This document shows positions 15,122 through 23,590 of a DNA stretch of 32,000 bases, in pieces (the first letter of the stretch is position 1; each line of letters starts with the position of its first letter). The DNA comes from Patescibacteria group bacterium (GTDB lineage Bacteria; Patescibacteriota; Patescibacteriia; 2-01-FULL-39-33). The notes beneath the pieces are model-generated. The model worked only from the letters and a program-made list of their open reading frames with translations, did not search any database and was not told the origin of the DNA. The position numbers were made by a program, and so were the translations under genes. The DNA is taken from NCBI GenBank assembly GCA_041662745.1, contig JBAZRV010000002.1, forward strand, positions 1-32,000, read 5' to 3'.

Positions 15122-16231
15122 ATGTTCGGATCAAAGAAAAACAATTATCTCGGCGTCGATCTGGGATCTTCCTCGATTAAAGTTGTAGAATTAGCCAATT
15201 ATTCCGGCCGGCCACGTTTGGTCACTTACGGTTTTACAGAAAAAAGCCCGACTAATATTTCGGAATCCGGAATAATTTCCGATGTTGAAGAAACTGCTGC
15301 GATTCTTAGGGAAGTCTGTAGAAAATCAAAGGTTACGGCTAATAAGGCCGTAGCCGCCCTGCCTAATTTTTCTGTTTTTACTTCTATTTTGACTTTGCCG
15401 TCATTATCCAAAAAAGATCTGGCTGCGGCAATAAGCTGGGAAGCCAAGAAGATTATTCCCATGCCGCTGGAGGAAATAATTTTAGATTGGAAAATCGTAG
15501 AAGAGTTTGAAGTTGGCGGGGGCGGTGCGGATAAATTGCCGGAATTAAGCCAAGAAGCCAATCCTTTGAAAAAGATATTTTCTAAACCGAAGAAAAACGT
15601 CCGAGTGCTTTTGACTGGAGCCAGCAAACAGCTAATCAAAAAGTACATTGATATTTTTGCTAAATGCGGTTTGACTTTGCTCAGTTTGGAGACTGAGAGT
15701 TTTGCTTTGATCCGCTCGCTTTTGGGCGATGATAAGTCAACAGTAATGATTGTTGATATGGGCGCGGCTACTTCCAGTTTAGTGGTGGTTTCCAAGGGGG
15801 TGCCGGTACTGAATCGATCGTTGGAACTGGGCGGTCAAGCTTTAACCAAGGCAATTTCCATGGCCCTGAATGTTAATTTGGATCGCGCCGAGCAGTTTAA
15901 ACAGGATTTGTCATTAGATTCGGAAACAAGCGAAAACTCTTTGCCCCAGACAGTAGAAAAAGCTTTTGCTCCGATTTTAAATGAAATCAGCTATACTATT
16001 AATTTATATCAGGATAGTAATAATACTAAGATTGATAAGTTGATTTTAACCGGCGGCACGGCTCTCTTAGGGCATTTATCGGGTTATTTATCAAATAATT
16101 TTAATATTAATACGGTTATCGGCGATCCTTGGGCGCGGGTAGTTTATCCGGTTGATTTGAAGCCCATTTTAGATCGCGTCGGAGCGCGTTTTGCCGTTCC
16201 TGTCGGCTTAGCTATGCGAGAAATAGAATAG
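15122..16231 (+). CDS. pilM: Type IV pilus assembly ATPase-fold protein PilM
   Basis: The 369-aa product has an actin-like N-terminus (LGVDLGSSSIKVVEL). Its size and its position directly upstream of the pilN/pilO-like genes fit PilM. Confidence 0.88.
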   Translation: MFGSKKNNYLGVDLGSSSIKVVELANYSGRPRLVTYGFTEKSPTNISESGIISDVEETAAILREVCRKSKVTANKAVAALPNFSVFTSILTLPSLSKKDLAAAISWEAKKIIPMPLEEIILDWKIVEEFEVGGGGADKLPELSQEANPLKKIFSKPKKNVRVLLTGASKQLIKKYIDIFAKCGLTLLSLETESFALIRSLLGDDKSTVMIVDMGAATSSLVVVSKGVPVLNRSLELGGQALTKAISMALNVNLDRAEQFKQDLSLDSETSENSLPQTVEKAFAPILNEISYTINLYQDSNNTKIDKLILTGGTALLGHLSGYLSNNFNINTVIGDPWARVVYPVDLKPILDRVGARFAVPVGLAMREIE

Positions 16232-16255
16232 TTGTTAGCATATAGCAATAAAAAA

Positions 16256-16264
16256 TGTTATAAT
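16256..16264 (+). promoter_or_regulatory. Extended -10 element TGtTATAAT immediately upstream of pilN (possible leaderless start)
   Basis: TATAAT lies at 16259-16264. Only 8 nt separate it from the A of the ATG at 16273. Confidence 0.4.
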
Positions 16265-16272
16265 ATCAGTAC

Positions 16273-17550
16273 ATGCCAGATGTTAATTTGCTACCGGAAG
16301 AATTAAGAAAAAAAGAAAACGAAGAACAAAGGCGAAGAATCAGTCGGACGCCCAGCTTTGATATTTCCTTAACCAATCCGGAGGAAATAAAATTAGAAAA
16401 AGCCGGTTGGCTTAGCAGATTATTCGGCAAGCCCGTCTCTCCTATTGTTTCTTCATCCCGTTACCAATCGTCAGTCAGTGATAATCCAGTGGCTGTTTTG
16501 CCGACCTTTAAGTCCTCGGCGCCGGCTAATTTGCCGATTAGCGAAGGAGTTGATCGGAGTAATTTTTATCGGCAGGAATCAAAACGATTAGCAGAGTTAA
16601 CCAGTCAAGATAAAAAGGAAGAATCAAGATTAGAATCCATGCCGGCGTCTAAAGCAGTTGCCTCACCGCAAATCAATCAATCGTCAAGTAAGAAGGGCGG
16701 TTGGCGGAAAATCTTGGCTTCTTTATTTTCTCGTTCCGGAAAAGTTGAACCCAGAATACATTTAGCTAAACCATCAGAAGCAACAGTATCTTTAGCGCCA
16801 ATGCCGATCAAGTTTAGGGAAGAAAAAGTGGAATTGAAGACCTCCCCGAATCAGCCGATCAAAGAGGGGGCGAGAGAAATCGCTGGCGTTAAGATTGAGC
16901 CGATTAAGAAAGAAAAAAAACATAAGTCCAGCAAGTATGGCGGCTATCACACGACTGAACCGATTACGCACGATCGCCATACCTATATTAATTTAATACC
17001 GTCTGAATTATTAAAAGGAAAGGCTGGGGGGGTCAATTGGTTTAGGGTAGTTTCATCGATGATTTTGCCGGCATTAGTGGTGTTTTTTTGCTATTTGGGC
17101 ATGAGTTGGCTGCAGAGTAATATTAATCAGAAGATATCAATCAATCGTAATGAATTAACACAGCTGCAAAAGAGTATTGGAGATTATAATGAACGAGCCA
17201 GAATAAACAATGATACGGCTAATCGTGTCATTACTCTTAAGAAATTATTGGATAATAGAATTTATTGGACTAAATTTTTTACATTGCTAGAAAAATATAC
17301 TTTGGATGGCGTGTACTTTAAAGAGTTTAGGGCCGATATCGCCGGACTTATTTCTTTGCCGGCTACGGCCGATAACTATGAAACATTGGCTCGGCAACTC
17401 GTAGTACTAAAAGACGCTAATGATTTTGTTAAAGATGCCAGAACTACCAGCATGCAAGTTTCTACCGACCCCAAGGCCGGAGTTACCGGCATTGATTTTC
17501 TTTTGCGTTTAACCCTGGCTGACGGCGTTTTTCGCCATTTGGTCAAATAA
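16273..17550 (+). CDS. pilN: PilN-like pilus assembly protein with long N-terminal extension
   Basis: The 425-aa product has VNLLPEE at residues 4-10 and a second INLIPSE at residues 239-245. The second motif sits just before the single TM helix (ILPALVVFFCYLGMSWL). A coiled-coil plus PilN-type periplasmic region follows. Confidence 0.8.
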   Translation: MPDVNLLPEELRKKENEEQRRRISRTPSFDISLTNPEEIKLEKAGWLSRLFGKPVSPIVSSSRYQSSVSDNPVAVLPTFKSSAPANLPISEGVDRSNFYRQESKRLAELTSQDKKEESRLESMPASKAVASPQINQSSSKKGGWRKILASLFSRSGKVEPRIHLAKPSEATVSLAPMPIKFREEKVELKTSPNQPIKEGAREIAGVKIEPIKKEKKHKSSKYGGYHTTEPITHDRHTYINLIPSELLKGKAGGVNWFRVVSSMILPALVVFFCYLGMSWLQSNINQKISINRNELTQLQKSIGDYNERARINNDTANRVITLKKLLDNRIYWTKFFTLLEKYTLDGVYFKEFRADIAGLISLPATADNYETLARQLVVLKDANDFVKDARTTSMQVSTDPKAGVTGIDFLLRLTLADGVFRHLVK

Positions 17551-17553
17551 TTT

Positions 17554-18132
17554 ATGCCTGATTTAAGCTATAAAAAAACCATCATTGATATTTGGAATAA
17601 GTATGAACGTTTTTGGCTGTTTTTAATCGCTATTTTAGTGTTAATTATCGGTTATTTGTTGGTTTTAAACAAGCAATTAGCGAATTATAATGAGAGTCGA
17701 CAGGCAGTGGCCGGCTTACAGGAAAAAATTTCTATCGCTAAATTCCAATTAAACGAATCGCAAAGGAACGCCTCTCAAATAGTTGAATTGACAACTGAGG
17801 AGAAGCGTTTATTATCCTTGGTTTTGCCATCAGCGCCGGATACGCCGAGTATGATAGTGCATTTTACTAACCTAGCCAAGCGCGCCGGTTTCGTAGTTAG
17901 TAATTTATCTTTCAGCGATAGCGTTAATGTTTTGCCCAATGCTCCGGCTACGGCGGCCGGCGTGCAAAAAATAATGATTAAATTGCAATTAGCCGGCGGT
18001 GATTACGACTCCTTCCAATTATTTTTAAGTTTGTTAGAAAAATCAGCAATTATTGCCGATATCAATTCCATTAACGTTACTGACAATGGGGAATCGTACA
18101 ATATTTCCTTGGTAACATACTATCGGCCTTAA
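17554..18132 (+). CDS. pilO: PilO-like pilus assembly protein
   Basis: The 192-aa product has an N-terminal TM helix, a coiled-coil segment and an alpha/beta C-terminal part. It is joined to pilN by a TAATTTATG junction. Confidence 0.7.
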   Translation: MPDLSYKKTIIDIWNKYERFWLFLIAILVLIIGYLLVLNKQLANYNESRQAVAGLQEKISIAKFQLNESQRNASQIVELTTEEKRLLSLVLPSAPDTPSMIVHFTNLAKRAGFVVSNLSFSDSVNVLPNAPATAAGVQKIMIKLQLAGGDYDSFQLFLSLLEKSAIIADINSINVTDNGESYNISLVTYYRP

Positions 18133-18135
18133 TTT

Positions 18136-18465
18136 ATGGATAAAACAGAAAAAAAATCATCTAAACGCTTATATTTTTTGCTGATCATCTTGATCGTCAT
18201 TCTTTACGGCGCCTTGGCCTATTGGCAAAAATTTTGGCCGTTTTCTTTATTACAGGAGCAAAGCGTGGTCAATTTGGGCAGTCAATTCGTTAGAATAAAT
18301 CGCGATATTTTTCCCGACGTCAAGCAGTTGAATCAATGCAATGATTGGCCGATTGTCGGGGTTGAGTTGAGTCCTGATCGCGGCAATCCGTTTAAACGGA
18401 AGACGGCGGATGTTAATGCTATTGTTAATACCTCAACCGCGCAATGTCGCGAATTGGGGGAATAA
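18136..18465 (+). CDS. Small membrane-anchored protein, possibly PilP-like
   Basis: The 109-aa product has an N-terminal TM helix. Its DRGNPF motif is reminiscent of the R-[DN]-P-F motif of PilP-type proteins. It lies between pilO and pilB. Confidence 0.6.
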   Translation: MDKTEKKSSKRLYFLLIILIVILYGALAYWQKFWPFSLLQEQSVVNLGSQFVRINRDIFPDVKQLNQCNDWPIVGVELSPDRGNPFKRKTADVNAIVNTSTAQCRELGE

Positions 18466-18470
18466 AATTT

Positions 18471-20213
18471 ATGCCCGATATCCAATACAATGAGAGAATA
18501 AAAAACTATTTATCCAGCCATAATTTAGTGAATCCTTCTATTTTAGAAGAGGTTCTTAGCGTGGCGAACAAAAGCAAAAAAATGATTGAAGAGGAGCTGG
18601 TGGATCGCAATGTTTTTGGTCGCAATGAATTGCTTAAGGTAAAAGGCGAGGTATTCAATTTGCCCGTAGCCGATCTGGCGGCCAGTCAGATTAAACCGGA
18701 GATTCTTAATTTATTGTCTCAGAAAGTAGCGGAGAATTATAAAGCCATCGTGTTTGCTCAGGAGGGTAAAAAGGTCAGTGTCGGCTTGGTTGATCCAGGG
18801 GATTTCATGGCTAATGAAGCGATTGAATTTTGGGCCAAAACATCCGGTTTTCAAATTAGTTATTTCGTGATTTTATTGGAAGATTTTCGTCGTTTTATTA
18901 AAAGTTATAGCGGTTTTAGTAAGGAAATAGGCACTGCTTTGCAATCAGCAGAAGAGAAATATGCGGAAAAAGAAGAGGGTATAGTATTGGAAAGCGGAGC
19001 CGCTTTGGAAGAAAAAATTAAAGCCGCTCCCGTAGCTAAAATTGTTTCCGTTATTATTCGTCATGGCATTGAGGGTAATGCCTCGGATATTCATATTGAG
19101 CCTGGGCGCAATGAAAGCCGAGTGCGTTATCGCGTGGACGGAATTTTGCATACCTCGTTGACTTTACCGGCCTACATCCATAACGCCGTAGTGTCGCGTA
19201 TTAAGGTTATGGCTAATCTGAAGCTGGATGAAACACGCCTGCCTCAAGACGGCCGTATTCGGTCGCAAATAGACGGCCAGGAAGTTGATTTGCGTATTTC
19301 TGTTCTGCCCATGCTTAATTCGGAGAAGGTGGTCATTCGCGTTTTAGATACCTCCGCCGGCGTTCCCAATTTGGCTCAGCTTGGTTTTCTTGACAACGAA
19401 ATAGAGATTTTAAATCAGAACGCCAATAAACCGTTTGGCTTGATACTTCTGACCGGTCCGACCGGTTCAGGTAAAACGACGACTCTATATTCAATTTTAA
19501 ATCAAATTAAAACGGAAAACAGCAATGTTACCACCTTGGAAGATCCGATAGAGTATTCTATCGCCGGTATCAATCAATCTCAAATTAATCCGGATGTGGG
19601 GTTTACCTTCGCTTCCGGTTTGAGAGCGATTTTGCGCCAAGATCCCAATATTATTATGGTGGGAGAAATCCGTGATAGCGAAACGGCCGAGCTGGTCATC
19701 CATGCCGGCTTGACTGGCCATTTAGTCTTTTCTACTTTGCATACAAACAACGCTTGGGGCGCTATTCCGCGCATGATTGATATGAAAGCGGAGCCCTTTT
19801 TACTCTCTTCCACTCTTAATTTGATTATGGCGCAACGTTTGGTTAGGAAGGTTTGTCCCAGTTGCCGTCAGGAAGTGTCGTTGCCCGGACCATTGCTTAA
19901 GCAAGTGGAGAGCGAAATTAAACAAATTCCGCCAGAATTGCTTAAGCGGTATGTGCCGCAAGTAAGATTTTATCGAGCGGTCGGTTGCGATCTTTGTGGC
20001 CAGAGCGGTTTTTCTGGACGTACGGTTATAAGTGAAATTATTGCTATCACGCCGGAATTGCGAGATATTATTGCTAAAGAAAATTTTTCTAACGAAGTGG
20101 TTATGGCGGAATTGAAAAAACAGAATTTTGTCACTTTAATGCAGGACGGCATAATGAAATCAATGATGGGCCTGACCACCATTGAAGAAGTGATGCAAGT
20201 AACACAAATGTAA
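18471..20213 (+). CDS. pilB: Type IV pilus assembly ATPase PilB (GspE family)
   Basis: All catalytic motifs are canonical: Walker A GPTGSGKTTT, Asp box EDPIEY, Walker B IIMVGEIRD and His box TGHLVFSTLHTN. A tetracysteine motif CPSC...CDLC and an N-terminal MshEN-type domain are present. The ATG at 18471 follows a GGGGG run and avoids overlap. An alternative ATG lies at 18444. Confidence 0.92.
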   Translation: MPDIQYNERIKNYLSSHNLVNPSILEEVLSVANKSKKMIEEELVDRNVFGRNELLKVKGEVFNLPVADLAASQIKPEILNLLSQKVAENYKAIVFAQEGKKVSVGLVDPGDFMANEAIEFWAKTSGFQISYFVILLEDFRRFIKSYSGFSKEIGTALQSAEEKYAEKEEGIVLESGAALEEKIKAAPVAKIVSVIIRHGIEGNASDIHIEPGRNESRVRYRVDGILHTSLTLPAYIHNAVVSRIKVMANLKLDETRLPQDGRIRSQIDGQEVDLRISVLPMLNSEKVVIRVLDTSAGVPNLAQLGFLDNEIEILNQNANKPFGLILLTGPTGSGKTTTLYSILNQIKTENSNVTTLEDPIEYSIAGINQSQINPDVGFTFASGLRAILRQDPNIIMVGEIRDSETAELVIHAGLTGHLVFSTLHTNNAWGAIPRMIDMKAEPFLLSSTLNLIMAQRLVRKVCPSCRQEVSLPGPLLKQVESEIKQIPPELLKRYVPQVRFYRAVGCDLCGQSGFSGRTVISEIIAITPELRDIIAKENFSNEVVMAELKKQNFVTLMQDGIMKSMMGLTTIEEVMQVTQM

Positions 20214-20241
20214 TTTAATTATTATCAACTAAATTGATATT

Positions 20242-20619
20242 ATGAAAGACAAGAAAATAAACATCCTCATCGTGGAAGACGATGTTTTCCTGGCCGATTT
20301 GTATAAGACCAAATTTGCCCTGGAAGGGTTTAAGGTAGTCGTGGCCTATGACGGAGAAAAGGGCTGGGAAGCGGCGAGGAAGGGTTCGCCGGATATTATT
20401 TTATTGGACTTGGTTTTACCTAAGATGAGCGGTTTTGATATTCTTAAATCACTTAAGGCCGATAGTAAATTGGAAAAAATTCCGGTAATTCTTTTGACTA
20501 ATTTAAGTCAAAAATCAGACGTAGAAAAGGGATTAAAGTTGGGTGCCAAAGATTATTTGATCAAGGCTCACTTTATGCCGTCGGAAGTGGTGGAGAAAAT
20601 CAAAAAGTTAATTGCGTAA
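20242..20619 (+). CDS. Single-domain response regulator (CheY/PilH-like receiver)
   Basis: The 125-aa product has ILIVEDD, a phospho-acceptor context (ILLDLVLPKMSG), LTN and a conserved Lys in YLIK. It has no output domain. Confidence 0.9.
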   Translation: MKDKKINILIVEDDVFLADLYKTKFALEGFKVVVAYDGEKGWEAARKGSPDIILLDLVLPKMSGFDILKSLKADSKLEKIPVILLTNLSQKSDVEKGLKLGAKDYLIKAHFMPSEVVEKIKKLIA

Positions 20620-20621
20620 TT

Positions 20622-21686
20622 ATGGATACCAGTCAGGATTTATTTTTGAAACAGGTATTAACCGAAGGGATAACTGCCAGTGCTTCTGATTGGCATTTTA
20701 CCGTCGGTCATTTTCCGATTATAAAAGTTAATGGCGATTTACGTTATCTGGAAGACAAGGGTGTTATTACGGCAGAATTCATGATTAAGCTGGCTGAGGC
20801 GTTATTGACGCCGACGCAACAGCAAAAGTTAGCCAAGGATAAAGAGATAATATTAACCTATAATTTTGATAAGAATCTTCGCTTTAAAATAAATTTGTTT
20901 TATCAGAAGAGCTTTCTATCCGCTACTTTCCGTTATGTGCCGGTACAGATTCCTGCTTTGAGTCAATTGGGTATGCCGGCAACAGTAAGGGAGTTAATTA
21001 AATTAAATCGAGGCCTGGTTATTGTTTCCGGTGCCTTCGGTTCCGGCCGCACCTCTACCGCCGCCTCCATGATTGAGGAAATAAATATCAGTCGCAAAAA
21101 ATACATCATCACCATTGAAGATCCGATTGAGTATGTTTTCGCCAATAAAAAAAGCGTCATTGAACAGCGTCAGGTGGGCCAAGATACTAATAGTTATGTC
21201 GATGCTCTGCGTTATTTCCAAGAAGAGAGCGGTGATGTGCTGTTTTTAGAACAATTAAACAGCGCTTCTATCATCCCGCCGGTTTTAGAGATTGCTCGGG
21301 GCAGCGCTTTAGTGATTACCACTATGGCTGCCGATACGTGCGCCAGATCCTTAACCGCTATTCTTGATTATTTTCCCGCCTTTGATCAGGAACGCATCCG
21401 TGATTTGTTGTCCGGTGCCTTGAAGGCGGTAGTTTGCCAGAAACTTCTGCCTAAGATTGGCGGCGGCGTAGTTCCGATTTGTGAAATCCTTTTAGTTAAT
21501 GATACGGTCAGGGCGACTATTGCCAGCGGGAATCTTAATCAGTTGGACAATATTATCGCCACCTCTCGCCGTGAAGGCATGGTATCTTTTAATCAAGCTC
21601 TGAACGAGGCGTTAAGGGCTAATTTGATCACTTACGAAGAGGCGCAGGAGCATTCTCCTGATCCTAATGGTTTGGGGAAAAATTAA
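20622..21686 (+). CDS. pilT: PilT-like retraction ATPase homolog with degenerate catalytic motifs
   Basis: The 354-aa product has PilT length and order, and it retains the Asp box IEDPIEY. Walker A reads GAFGSGRTST, with Arg encoded by CGC at 21048-21050 where Lys is expected. The Walker B region reads DVLFLEQLN. The His-box position reads RGSALVITTMAADT and contains no His. Confidence 0.85.
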   Translation: MDTSQDLFLKQVLTEGITASASDWHFTVGHFPIIKVNGDLRYLEDKGVITAEFMIKLAEALLTPTQQQKLAKDKEIILTYNFDKNLRFKINLFYQKSFLSATFRYVPVQIPALSQLGMPATVRELIKLNRGLVIVSGAFGSGRTSTAASMIEEINISRKKYIITIEDPIEYVFANKKSVIEQRQVGQDTNSYVDALRYFQEESGDVLFLEQLNSASIIPPVLEIARGSALVITTMAADTCARSLTAILDYFPAFDQERIRDLLSGALKAVVCQKLLPKIGGGVVPICEILLVNDTVRATIASGNLNQLDNIIATSRREGMVSFNQALNEALRANLITYEEAQEHSPDPNGLGKN

Positions 21687-21698
21687 TTTTTATTAATC

Positions 21699-22910
21699 AT
21701 GCCGATATACAAATACAAAACTAAAGATCGCCGAGGCAATATTGTTGAAGCGGCCATGGATGCGGTTTCTACCGAGGCCGTAGCCAATTTTTTATTGGAT
21801 AAAAAATTGGCCATCATTGACATTCGGCCACAAGCCGCCTTAAGCGTCTGGTATTGGCAGAAACTTTTATTTTTTAAGCGGGTCAGCAATAAAGATTTGG
21901 TTATATTTTTTCGTCAATTGGCGGTAATGGTTGAAGCTAATATCCCACTGGTACGCGGTTTGCGTATCTTAGTCCGGCAAACCAAGAATGATTATTTGCG
22001 TAATGTAATTGACAAGGTGGCGGACGAAGTGGAGGGCGGATCAAGTTTTTCTTCCGCCTTAGAGGCCTATCCCGATGTTTTCACTAAGTTTTATGTCAAT
22101 ATTATGCGTTCCGGTGAGACGTCAGGCCGCTTATCGGAAGTGATGAATTATTTGGCCGATCAAAAAGAAAAGGATTATGATTTGGAATCCAAGGTTAGGG
22201 GGGCGATGATTTATCCGGCCATGATTGTTTTAGTTTTGGGCGTAGTGGGTTTTATCGTCGTAGCCTTTGTTATTCCCGGCATTACTAAAATGTTAGTGGA
22301 ATCAGGCGCTCAGATACCGTTAATTACCAGGTTAATGATGAATTTAGCTAATTTTTTAAGGAATTTTTGGTGGTTAGTGGTGCTTTCAGTTGCTGGTTTG
22401 CTAATAATATTTTTTGTCGGTCGGCAGACGCCTGAAGGCAGACGTTTTCTGGATTGGGTAAAACTTAAAATTCCTATTTTTGGCGCTATTTTTAAGGATA
22501 TTTATATTGTGCGTTTTGCTCAGAGTTTTGCCACCCTGATTAAAGGCGGAGTTCCCATCGCCCAGGGCTTAGCCGTGGTGAAGGAGGTTGTTGACAATAA
22601 ATTATTTGAAGAAATGATTAATGATGCAATTGAAGGCGTTAATGAAGGCAATCAGATTTCTGAGAGTTTGGCCGCCAGTCCTTATTTGCCGCAAATCGTG
22701 GCTAATATGATCAGTATTGGAGAAGAATCGGGAAAATTGGAAGAAGTATTAGATAAGGCTGCCGATTTTTATTCCAAAGAAATAGATAATTCGGTTAGGA
22801 ATCTATCCAATCTGATTGAACCGATAATTATGATTGTTTTGGGAATTGCAGTGGCATTGTTTGTTATTGCAGTCATCTTGCCAATGTGGCAGTTGTCGTC
22901 TGCTTTTTAA
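21699..22910 (+). CDS. pilC: Type IV pilus platform protein PilC (GspF family)
   Basis: The 403-aa product has two GspF-type repeats with three TM segments, typical of PilC. It follows the pilB and pilT-like genes. Confidence 0.9.
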   Translation: MPIYKYKTKDRRGNIVEAAMDAVSTEAVANFLLDKKLAIIDIRPQAALSVWYWQKLLFFKRVSNKDLVIFFRQLAVMVEANIPLVRGLRILVRQTKNDYLRNVIDKVADEVEGGSSFSSALEAYPDVFTKFYVNIMRSGETSGRLSEVMNYLADQKEKDYDLESKVRGAMIYPAMIVLVLGVVGFIVVAFVIPGITKMLVESGAQIPLITRLMMNLANFLRNFWWLVVLSVAGLLIIFFVGRQTPEGRRFLDWVKLKIPIFGAIFKDIYIVRFAQSFATLIKGGVPIAQGLAVVKEVVDNKLFEEMINDAIEGVNEGNQISESLAASPYLPQIVANMISIGEESGKLEEVLDKAADFYSKEIDNSVRNLSNLIEPIIMIVLGIAVALFVIAVILPMWQLSSAF

Positions 22911-22953
22911 AGTTTGCAAATTGCTGGTTTTTCTGTTTTTTTATCATTTTTTG

Positions 22954-22962
22954 TGCTATAAT
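22954..22962 (+). promoter_or_regulatory. Extended -10 promoter element TGcTATAAT for the pilin gene
   Basis: TGCTATAAT lies at 22954-22962 in the 162-bp gap after pilC. Confidence 0.5.
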
Positions 22963-22978
22963 TATGTTATAAAATAGC

Positions 22979-22988
22979 TGTGGATAAG
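22979..22988 (+). promoter_or_regulatory. TGTGGATAAG motif (DnaA-box consensus), second copy
   Basis: This 10-mer is identical to 10674-10683. It lies 16 nt after the -10, versus 17 nt at the other promoter. Confidence 0.5.
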
Positions 22989-23050
22989 CTAAATAACCCA
23001 TTTAATAAGGGAAAGGTCGAGGAAAAAGCTTAAGAGACAGTTGAATTTTA

Positions 23051-23066
23051 TTCACTCGCGAGTGAA
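23051..23066. promoter_or_regulatory. Perfect 16-bp palindrome TTCACTCGCGAGTGAA in the pilin leader
   Basis: Read directly from the sequence. It ends 6 nt before the ATG at 23073 and 31 nt before the ATG at 23098. Confidence 0.4.
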
Positions 23067-23072
23067 CTTAAA

Positions 23073-23507
23073 ATGTTAAATATAAATTATAAACCTATGA
23101 ATAAGAAAGGTTTTACTTTGATTGAATTGCTGGTGGTTATCGCCATTATCGGCATTTTGTCTTCAGTTGCCATTGTTTATTTGCAAGATGCCAGAAATAA
23201 AGCTAATGACGCCAAGGTTCAATCTAATATTGCCACCGCCTCCACTCAAACGGAAATTGCCAGGGCCAATGGAGAAAGCGTTGATTCCGACACTTATAGA
23301 GATTCTGTTATCGCAAAGTTAGGCACTTATCCTTGTACTGCCGCCGGTAAGGTTAGTTGGACCGCTTCACCTTCCACTACGGCCTCTGTTGTTGCTTATT
23401 ATGCCCAACTTTGTACCAGCGATTCCTATTTCTGCGCTGATACCAACGGCTTTAGAGGATTGAATACGGCCGTTCCTGCCGTAGACGGACAATGCAATGC
23501 TAATTAA
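23073..23507 (+). CDS. pilA: Type IV pilin (major pilin candidate)
   Basis: The class III signal reads MNKKG|FTLIELLVVIAIIGILSSVAIV, with Gly at -1, Phe at +1 and Glu at +5. Four C-terminal Cys are present. The gene has its own promoter and a strong terminator. The biologically likelier start is the ATG at 23098, which gives a 5-aa leader. The longest ORF starts at 23073. Confidence 0.9.
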   Translation: MLNINYKPMNKKGFTLIELLVVIAIIGILSSVAIVYLQDARNKANDAKVQSNIATASTQTEIARANGESVDSDTYRDSVIAKLGTYPCTAAGKVSWTASPSTTASVVAYYAQLCTSDSYFCADTNGFRGLNTAVPAVDGQCNAN

Positions 23508-23517
23508 GATTTGAATT

Positions 23518-23549
23518 AAACCCTCCCGTTAAATCGGGAGGGTTTTTTT
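23518..23549 (+). terminator. Rho-independent terminator after the pilin gene
   Basis: The stem pairs AAACCCTCCCG with CGGGAGGGTTT around the loop TTAAAT. A T-run follows. Confidence 0.85.
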
Positions 23550-23562
23550 GTCGGTTTGTTTA

Positions 23563-23571
23563 TGGTATAAT
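23563..23571 (+). promoter_or_regulatory. Extended -10 element TGgTATAAT
   Basis: TGGTATAAT lies at 23563-23571, 19 nt upstream of the ATG at 23591. Confidence 0.5.
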
Positions 23572-23590
23572 ATTAAGGTAAATATAACCT

